Shown: positions 10,813 to 20,000 of the stretch, piece by piece
How the letters are laid out: the number at the start of each line of letters is the position of its first letter
Position numbering within the stretch: position 1 is the first letter of the stretch
NCBI GenBank assembly: GCA_048213135.1
Contig: PS015062.1
Coordinates: forward strand, 60,651 to 80,650
Length of the DNA: 20,000 nucleotides
Origin: Reclinomonas americana ATCC 50394
Lineage: Eukaryota
Direction: 5' to 3'
The notes under the pieces: model-generated
Database searches by the model: none
The model's input: the letters and a program-made list of their open reading frames with translations, nothing else
Told to the model about the DNA's origin: nothing
Translations under genes and position numbers: made by a program

Positions 10813-13800
10813 CTTTGGCCACTGGATTCACACCGCCGTCTGTGAGAAGCAATGACTCCGCAGCTGTGGTCACCATCGCTGGCTACGAGCTGGAGGGCGG
10901 CTACAGCGTGAGCAGTGTGCGATTCGAGCCGGGAGCTACGTGCACGCCGACGACATCGGGTGCTGCAGCAGGCACAGTGACGACAACCAACCTGGCCATT
11001 CTCGGTGGCGATCGCACACAGTTGTTTGTCACGGTGGGAGGCGCCGGGCTCAAGACCGACATGTATAGTATTTGCATCGAGCGCACTGCGCTCCCAGGGA
11101 CATTTGTCAAAGTCGGTACCTCGCAGCTTCTTGTCGGTTTGTTGCATTCCTCCCCCCCGGCAACCTCATCTCGTACTCGCAACTAACTCTCCCTGTCGAA
11201 TGCAGCTTCTGCCGCTACGTTCTCCCCGAGAACAATGGTCACTGGCGCCCTACCAACATTCACCATTACCGGCATTGGCCTGGACGCTGCATTGTCGGTG
11301 CGGCAAGTGCGTTTCGAACCGAGCACCACGTGTACAGCCACAGTCGCAGGGGCCACGGCGGGCACTGTGCTTGCCTCAGGCACCTTCTCTAATAACATGG
11401 CACGCACCGAACTGTACGTGGGACTCGGTGCGGTCACGCTGGTGCCGCATGTCTACAGCGTGTGCATCGATTTTGTCGCCAATTTCGCTGCTGGCGAGTT
11501 TTCGCGAGTCGGAACACTTGATCTGCTTGTCCGTTGCGTTACGAATGTGTGCGAGATGCGTGTGTGTTTGTTTGTGTTTTTTGGTGCTGAGTTTTTCCGC
11601 CTGTTTCGCACGCGCACATAGCATCGGTGGCGGACTTCAACCCGCAAATTCTCATTGCCGGTGACCCATCACTTCGTGTCACGCTGGTCGGTGTGGCGCT
11701 CGACAGTCCAGTCAGTGTGCGGACAGTGCGGTTCGAAGTCGGCCAGAATTGCACCCGCACCGTGGCCGATGCGCTGCCAGGAACAATCTCGTTTTCTGGA
11801 CCAGCTGCCAGTGCTGCCGACTACAGCACCATGCATATTGCTGTGGGTGGCAGCGGCCTCACGGCCGGCGTTTTTGCCGTCTGTGTGGATTTCACAGGCA
11901 ATGCAGCCACAGGTGACTTTATTCGCGCCGGCACCGTGGACATTCAAGTCGGTGAGCAGCATTTCCCATTCCTACTTTCCACTTGTGTACTATTTTCTGA
12001 ACCCGCCCATGCCAACACAGGAACGTTGACGTCACTTACGCCAAACACGGTACTGGTCGGTGACTCCGCCACTGTCTACACCATCACTGGCACGCTGTTG
12101 GACACTGGAACTACAGTAATGTCGGCGCGCTTCGAACCCTCCCTCTCGTGCTCGCCAGAGACAGCAGGCGCCACTGCTGGAACTGTGGAAGCTGCCGGCA
12201 TGTTCTTCTCTGCCATGAACAGCACAGTGTTGTATGTGTCGGTCGGTGGTGGCGGCTTGCCGGCCTCGACCTACAGCGTGTGTCTCGATTTTGCGTCGGC
12301 GTCTGGCGCGGGAAATTACATTAGAGTCAGCACCGGCTATGTCTTTGTTGGTGTGTGTGTGCCACTTCGTTTTCTCATTTTTTCCCTCGGCGCGTCTTAC
12401 TCACTGGCATGTATGTGTTGGTGTTCTTTTCACTAGCCTCGGTGGCATCGTTCTCGCCGCTCTCAGTGCTGGCCGGGGACCCGTCGGCCGAGCTGAGCAT
12501 CACGGGACTCGGACTGACCGTCTCCACTTCTGTGCGCAACGTGCGCTTCGAGCCCGGCAACTCGTGCACCATTGGTCCTGCGGTGGCCATGGGCACCGTC
12601 CTCGCGCAGGGCCCCTTTGCCTCGAACACCAACTACACCACCCTTCGTGTGGGAATCGGTGGCACCGGCCTGCCAGTCACCGAGTACAGCGTGTGCGTAG
12701 AGTTCACGGCCCGCAATAGCACCTTGCAGTACTATGTCAAGGTCGGCAGCGCGCGTCTGCTAGTCGGTAACGTCATTGTGTTTGCTGCGCGATATGATTG
12801 TGTGCTGTCTGTGCTCACCGTATGTTGCATGCAGCTCGAGTGGACGACTTCTCGCCAGTAACCGTAATGCCAGGCGACGCATTGGCCACTGTGGTGATTT
12901 CGGGTGTCGCTCTGGACTGGCCTTTCAGTGTTGCTGCTGTGCGATTCGAGCCTGCGTTGTCCTGCACCGCGACTGCGGCGGGTGCTGCCACCGGTACGGT
13001 GGTCGCGTCGACCCTGAGTAACATCTCGGCACGAACGAATGTTACGGCAGTTGTGGGTCTCACTGGCTTACCCGCCGCCGAATACGTGGTGTGCGTACAA
13101 CTGGCCGCCGGGACCGGCCTCTACGTGCGCGCTGGCACCAGCCGCCTTCTCGTCCGTTGCGTTCACAACGCGGAAGTTTGCACTCGACGTCCATACTTCT
13201 TATTTACTTTTATTCTGTTACGTGCACAGCATCGGCAACATCATTCACGCCGCCAGCTATCAAGCGTGGCGACGGCACCGAAACCGTGACTCTCTCCGGC
13301 GTTGCGCTTGACGCCACGCTCAGCGTACTCGCCGTGCGATTCGAGCCGGCCTCTGTATGCACTCTGTCAGCAGCAGCTACTCCAGTCGCTGGCTCGGTTC
13401 TCACGAGCGCTTTGTCGAGCAACGCCCCGCGTCAGTTGCTAGTGGCCACTGTTGGCGGTTCCGGTCTCACGGTTGGAGCGCAGTACAGCATCTGCGTGCA
13501 ATACACTGCATTACCGAGCAGTTTCTTGCGAGTCGGCAATGCGAGCCTGCTCGTTGGTGAGGCGCACACGCCTCTTTCAGTTTTTTCCTGTGGAGGTGCT
13601 TGACTCATGCCATGCCTGTGTTTTGCAGCTCTGGCCAACTCCATATCGCCGACGATCGGACCGACTGGCGATCCATCGTTTGTGGTGACCGTCTCTGGCG
13701 TCGCGCTGCACGTTCCCAACAGCGTTGCAGCTGTGCGCTTCGAACCCGGCACAGTGTGCGCTGGTGCTGGCATGCCTCCGGCAGGCTCAGTTACCGCTTC

Positions 13801-16800
13801 CACTATCCTCTCCGACATGACGCAGACATCGGTCGCGTGTACGATTGGTGGGCCGGGCTTAACACCTGGTGCCTATGCCGTTTGCATTGCATACACTGTT
13901 ACCCCGAGCACATACGTGCTGGTGACCAGCACAACACTTGACATACGTGCGTCTGCCCCCGTTGATGAACCGTCTCTCCCCTTGCCGACTCGCGAGCACT
14001 CACATCAAATCGCTGTGCAGCACGGGTCGACACATTTGCCCCGTTGACCATGCCGTCTAGTGATGCCACTGTGCCGATCACCATTAACGGTATTCTGCTG
14101 CTGGCGTCCTTTGACGTTCGAGTGGAGCAGCAGACGACGTGCACGCCAACGGGAGCCGGTGCGGTCGGGTTCGTTCACAGTCTGGCGGCTAATGCGCCGC
14201 GTACGTCGATTATTTTCGACCTCGGTGTCGAGACGTTCCCAGCCGGCGCATACAGCGTCTGTGTTCGCTTTGCTCCGTATCTGACCTACCTCAAGGTCGG
14301 CAGCGCGCAGCTGGCTGTCGGTTCGTTGACCTCCTGGTGTCGTGTTTGAAAACGTCTCTCTTTGGTTCTCGTGCCGTTCTCATGTGCGTTGGATTATGTC
14401 GCAGCCGGTGCGCAATCATTCTCCCCTCGCTTGGTGCGACCGTTGGATGCGACCTTCAGAATCACCATCACTGGACAATCGTTGTCCGCCGCGAACGGAG
14501 TGCGCATTCAGTCGGGCACGCTGTGCTCGGCCGGCGGCACTGTTGGTCAGACGGTGACCATTGATCAGATCGCAGGCGATGGATCGACGCTGAGTTTCCC
14601 CGTTGGCAGCGGGGGCCTGGCTGTCGGCACCTACAGTGTGTGCCTTCGTCTGGCCTCGGGCTTCGTGTACGGCAAGGTGTCACAGCAGAACATCTTTGTT
14701 CGTTGCGTAAGGATGGTGGTGGAGGCAAATGTCTCCGCGCGATCATGCTAACGGTCGTTCATCGCAGCGTCGGCCACTGCATTCTCTCCGCAATCCGTTC
14801 AACTCGGTCGTGCCGCCGCGAGTGTCACGGTGACTGGAACAGGGCTCGACCAACAGAATACGGTGTACTTTGAGCTGGCAGCTTCCTGCACGGCGAATGG
14901 AGGCGGCAATATGGCCATCACGCAGAGTGTGAACAGCGGGCGCACGCAGCTGACCGTCAATGTGGGCGGCACGGGCCTTGTTGCCGGCCGCTACATTGTG
15001 TGTGTGCGTTTCTCCACGGACTTTGTGTCGCAACTGGTGCCCNNNNNNNNNNNNNNNNNNNNNNNNNNNNNNNNNNNNNNNNNNNNNNNNNNNNNNNNNN
15101 NNNNNNNNNNNNNNNNNNNNNNNNNNNNNNNNNNNNNNNNNNNNNNNNNNNNNNNNNNNNNNNNNNNNNNNNNNNNNNNNNNNNNNNNNNNNNNNNNNNN
15201 NNNNNNNNNNNNNNNNNNNNNNNNNNNNNNNNNNNNNNNNNNNNNNNNNNNNNNNNNNNNNNNNNNNNNNNNNNNNNNNNNNNNNNNNNNNNNNNNNNNN
15301 NNNNNNNNNNNNNNNNNNNNNNNNNNNNNNNNNNNNNNNNNNNNNNNNNNNNNNNNNNNNNNNNNNNNNNNNNNNNNNNNNNNNNNNNNNNNNNNNNNNN
15401 NNNNNNNNNNNNNNNNNNNNNNNNNNNNNNNNNNNNNNNNNNNNNNNNNNNNNNNNNNNNNNNNNNNNNNNNNNNNNNNNNNNNNNNNNNNNNNNNNNNN
15501 NNNNNNNNNNNNNNNNNNNNNNNNNNNNNNNNNNNNNNNNNNNNNNNNNNNNNNNNNNNNNNNNNNNNNNNNNNNNNNNNNNNNNNNNNNNNNNNNNNNN
15601 NNNNNNNNNNNNNNNNNNNNNNNNNNNNNNNNNNNNNNNNNNNNNNNNNNNNNNNNNNNNNNNNNNNNNNNNNNNNNNNNNNNNNNNNNNNNNNNNNNNN
15701 NNNNNNNNNNNNNNNNNNNNNNNNNNNNNNNNNNAACTCGGAACTGTGTGCACTGCCTCTGGAGCCGGTACCCTGTTCACGACCTCGCAAGTCATGGGTC
15801 CCGACACCACACTGATCGCGGATGCTCGAGACACTGGCGGTCTAGTTCCTGGCTCCTACTCTGTGTGTGCTCGGCTGGGAACCACCTTTGAGTTTGTTCG
15901 AGTCGGGTCGGACTCGCTCCTCGTCGGTGGGTGATGTTGTCTTACACGCACACACATGTGCGTGTGCGCACTGGCTTTTGATTTCACATCTGTTCTCCAT
16001 GTCTCCCCTCTTTTTTTGCTTCTTGTGCAGCCTCTGTTGGTGCCTTCTCGCCCATCACGCTGGTGGTTGGCGCCGCCAGCGAAGCCGTGGCAATCACGGG
16101 CGTCGCTCTACACCCAACGATCAGTGTCCGCCGAGTTCGCTTCGAACCTGCCGCAGCGTGTACGACCTCTGAATCCATGGCCACGGCGGGGACAGTGATT
16201 GCTACCGGGCCGCAGGTGTCCAACGCCACTCTCTCCGAACTCACAGTTACTGTGGGCGGAACGGGTCTCCCACCTGCCAAGTACTCGGTGTGTGTAGACT
16301 TGGTGGCCAGTTCAGCCAGCGGCAACTACACTGCGTCTGCAGGCACACTGTACGAACGTGAGTATCCCACCCCACCAATGCTCATCGTCCGTCTCCGCTC
16401 CTGTCTCACTCTCTCTCCCCCCCCCCCCTCCCCAGCCGGCGTTACTGCTTTTTCACCGTCCAGTGTGCTCGCCGGCGATGGAACGGCAGTGATCACAGTG
16501 ACCGGCGTAGCCCTCGATCCGCTCATCTCGGTGCGCGCTGTTCGACTGGAACCGCTCGTGACCTCGTGTACGATGAATGCAACTGCACCTACAAATGGCA
16601 CGGTGACCGCCGTGGGCCCGTTCGCTAGCAACGCCAACAATACGGCTCTCACTGTCGTCCTCGGAGGAAGCGGCGCGCCGCCTGGCGAGTACCTGGTGTG
16701 CGTCGACTTTGTGGCCAATCCAGTCGATGGCGGATTCGTCTCTGCCGGCTCCGTGAAACTCCTCGTTGGTGCGTCTGCATGAGTTGTGCGGTGTTTGGAC

Positions 16801-19800
16801 ACTGTTGTTGCTCATCAATTTCGGTGGTGTGTATTGCAGGCTCCGTGGCAACGTTCTCACCGGGAACACTACCAAAGAATAGTGCCGCGGCCACCGTCAG
16901 TATCACGGGTATTGCGCTGCAGTCATCAACATCGGTGCGCAGTGTGCGTTTGGAGCCCGGTTTCACCTGCACTGCCTCCACCAATGGCGCTGCGGCGGGC
17001 ACTGTCGTTGCATCGGGCTCAGCGCTGAGCAATGCCGACCGTACTGTCCTCGCAGTCACTGTTGGTGGCTCTGGTCTGCCTGCTGCGCGGTACTCGGTGT
17101 GCCTCGACTGGTCCGCGAACCCTGCCGCCGGCAACTTTGTGCGTGTCGGCGCCGCAGTGGTCCTTGTCGGTGCGTGCGATACTCGATCGATGATGCAGTA
17201 GGTGTTTGAGTCACTCTTGCTGACCGCTGCGAGTATTCAGCCTCGGCCGATGACTTCTCACCGGTCGCACTGCCACGCTTACTCACCAACACCACCGTCA
17301 CTCTCAGTGGCGTCGCACTCCACCCTACCGACTCAGTGCGCAGTGTGCGGTTCGAACCCGGTGCCAGCTGCACGGCAGCACCAGCCTCTCCCGCTGTCGG
17401 CTTTGTCGACGCCATCGGTGCGCGAGTTTCACTCGACGCCTCTTTGGCCGACATATCTGTGGTGGTCGGAGGTACAGGTCTTCCCGCGGGTCAATACTCT
17501 GTGTGTGTCGACTATGTATCGAGTCCGGTGCTCGGTTCGTTTGTACGCGTCGGTAACTCCACTGCTCTCGTCGGTACGTCACTCGTTGGTGGTGCACTTG
17601 TGTGTTTTCGTGTCTGACATTCCGCCTGCTGCTGCTGCAGTATCGACCTCGTCCTTTGGTCCCCTACGTGTGTTGCCGGACTCGGGGGCGGCTACCGTGA
17701 CCATCACTGGTGTCGCACTTGACCCACTGCTGAGTGTCCGAGCTGTCCGTTTCGAGCCTGGTGATGGTTGCGCCGCAGTCACCGCCGACGCTGCAATGGG
17801 NNNNNNNNNNNNNNNNNNNNNNNNNNNNNNNNNNNNNNNNNNNNNNNNNNNNNNNNNNNNNNNNNNNNNNNNNNNNNNNNNNNNNNNNNNNNNNNNNNNN
17901 NNNNNNNNNNNNNNNNNNNNNNNNNNNNNNNNNNNNNNNNNNNNNNNNNNNNNNNNNNNNNNNNNNNNNNNNNNNNNNNNNNNNNNNNNNNNNNNNNNNN
18001 NNNNNNNNNNNNNNNNNNNNNNNNNNNNNNNNNNNNNNNNNNNNNNNNNNNNNNNNNNNNNNNNNNNNNNNNNNNNNNNNNNNNNNNNNNNNNNNNNNNN
18101 NNNNNNNNNNAACTGTGCTTGCCACTGGACCCATGACGGACGCGAGTTATCCGGATCGAACACAACTGCAAGTGGCTGTTGGTGGTGCGGGACTGCCACC
18201 TGGCGAATACAGTGTGTGCCTCGATGCTGTCGCCAGTGCGCCGGCAGGCGGTTTTGAACGAGTCGGATCGTCTCGACTGCTTGTCGGTGCGCTACTGCCT
18301 TGTTTGGCCGCTGCTGTGTGTCATCTCCGCATCCATGCTAATGCTATGCTCTTGTCTTTCGTGTTCTGTCTGCAGCCTCTGCGCAATCGTTCTCTCCCGC
18401 GAGCGTACTGCGTGATGCATTGAGTGCCACGGTAACCATTACAGGAGTGGCGTTGTCGAGTTCCACCAGTGTCCGATCTGTCCGCTTCGAACCCGGGAAC
18501 GCATGTTCAGCGGCCATTTCTGCTGCCGTGAACGACACCGTCACTGCCGCGAGCTTCGTGTCCAATGTCAACCAAACTGAATTGGAGGTCACGGTCGGCG
18601 GTGCTGGGCTTCCGCCAGCAGAGTACTCGGTGTGCATCGACTACAGTGCATCGGCTGCCGCGGGCGACTTCAAGAAAGTTGGATCGTCGCGTCTTTTCGT
18701 TGGTACGTGAGGCGTACTTGCCACGGCGGGAGGGAGTGCTACTGTAGTGTTGTGCTCACATTCTCGATCGTCTCGGCGTCTTCACTGCACAGCCGGCGTC
18801 GGTGCCTTCGAGCCAGCATCGCTGCGAGTGTCCGACTCGACTGCTGTACTAACAGTTGTGGGTGTGGCGCTGCTACCCAACGTCACCGTTGCCAGTGTTC
18901 GTTTCGAGCCCGCGGCAGTATGCTCTCCTGGTCCCCTCAACCAGACCACCAATGGCACCGTCGAGGCCACTGGCGGTCTGTCAAGCGCCGCTGGCAACAC
19001 ACAGCTGGTTGTCATTGTTGGCGGCACGGGCCTGGTGTCCGCCACGTACTCTGTGTGCGTGCAGATCATCGGGCGTCCCGCCGACAGTGACTTTGTTCGC
19101 GTCGCATCAACATTTGTTCTTGTCGGTACGCGTAGTGTGGCGTGTGTCTCTTGCGTGGCATCGTTGTAACGCTGCTCATCCACTTTGGCACAGCGTCGGC
19201 AAGTGACTACTCTCCTACGACGCTTCGCGCGGATCGCAGTTCGGAAAGCATTGAGATTCGTGGTATTGCACTGCAGCAGAACACTAGCGTGCGCGCTGTG
19301 AGATTTGAGCCCGCATCCACCTGTTCGGCGACGGAGAACGGAGCCGCAGCTGGGACTGTGGCCGCAAACAGCACATTCGCCAACGCTGCTGACTTTAGTC
19401 GTCTCACCGTCGGTGTCGGTGGTAACGGTCTACCTCCCGGACGCTACGTTGTGTGCATCGACTTTGTAGCCAACACTCCGGCTGGGACGGCGTACGTTCG
19501 TGTCGGGAGCTCGGTGCTGCTCGTCGGTTTGTGATCCGTGCGCGCTGTGTGCGGAGTTGCAAACGTGTCTTTGTGCTAACGTTGCCTGCTCGCAGGCTCG
19601 GCAACTGCCTACACGCCGCCGACAGCAGTGCCGAATTTCCCCGGTGCCGCCATTCAGATATCAGGCATTGCACTCGACGCTACACGCAGTGTGCGCGCTG
19701 TGCGTTTCGAGCCCAGTGTGTCGTGTACGGCATCTCTTGGTGGCGCCACTCCGGGCACAGTTGATGCAGCCGTGGTCGGAAACCTGGGCTCGGACCAGAC

Positions 19801-19925
19801 ACAGCTCAATGTGACTGTTGGTGGAGCTGGCCTCGGTCCAGCCGAGTATGCGGTGTGTCTCGATTTTGTAGCGCACGCTGGCGATGCCGAATTTGTCAAA
19901 GTAGGATCCACACGACTTCTCGTCG
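10813..19925 (+). CDS. Internal fragment of a giant putative cell-surface/secreted protein with >=21 tandem Ig/IPT-TIG-like domains, one per exon. Exons 10813-11136, 11206-11532, 11622-11951, 12021-12350, 12437-12766, 12835-13155, 13230-13556, 13629-13946, 14021-14320, 14405-14701, 14768-gap, gap-15926, 16031-16357, 16436-16768, 16840-17169, 17241-17573, 17641-(gap)-18286, 18376-18702, 18793-19125, 19194-19526, 19596-19925.
   Basis: Every complete exon is stop-free, 297-333 nt, a multiple of 3 and flanked by phase-1 GT-AG introns. Consensus (A/P)SxxxFSPxxxxxxDxxxxVTITGVALxxxxSVRxVRFEPxxxCxxxxxGAxAGTVxA...RTxLxVxVGGxGLPxxxYSVCVDF...FVRVGSxxLLV, with many N-x-S/T sequons. Neither start nor stop lies in the window. 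The fold call is inferred. Confidence 0.88.
15043..15734. other. Assembly gap (692 N) inside the repeat-domain gene
   Basis: Run of N; both flanks are partial repeat exons. Confidence 0.99.
17801..18110. other. Assembly gap (310 N) inside the repeat-domain gene
   Basis: Run of N; the flanks are the N-half and C-half of a repeat unit. Confidence 0.99.
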
Positions 19926-20000
19926 GTACGGCGTCTGTTTTCGCGCAGGTTTTTTGCGGTCATTTTGTGTCTCAGTATTCTCATACGACGATCTGCGGCG

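Noticed and set aside
10813-19925. CRISPR array, transposon or tandem separate genes as the source of the ~400-bp periodicity
   Set aside because: Similarity is at protein-motif level with no identical DNA repeats, terminal repeats or transposase. Units lack their own start and stop codons and are bounded by splice sites.

Overview
Gene-dense eukaryotic (protist-like) DNA with many short (mostly 60-100 nt) GT-AG introns and three assembly gaps. The ORF track is fragmented by introns, so I spliced the genes by hand. Five genes: (1) the 3' part of a high-Mr thioredoxin reductase (+) ending in an unusual GCPSCA tail; (2) a coactosin-type ADF-H protein (-) with a Pro-rich repeat extension and an acidic-Trp C-terminus; (3) NOB1 (+); (4) NRDE2 (-), 5' end lost in a microsatellite/gap; (5) a >9 kb internal fragment of a giant gene (+) with at least 21 tandem ~100-112 aa Ig/TIG-like domains, each on its own phase 1-1 exon. 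Two signals stand out. One is a second 5' splice-site class, Y|GTTGCGT, used by about 10 of ~54 donors across all five genes and only after an exon-terminal pyrimidine. The other is the one-exon-one-domain surface-protein array. All exon boundaries are inferred from reading frame and remembered family motifs, not transcript data.
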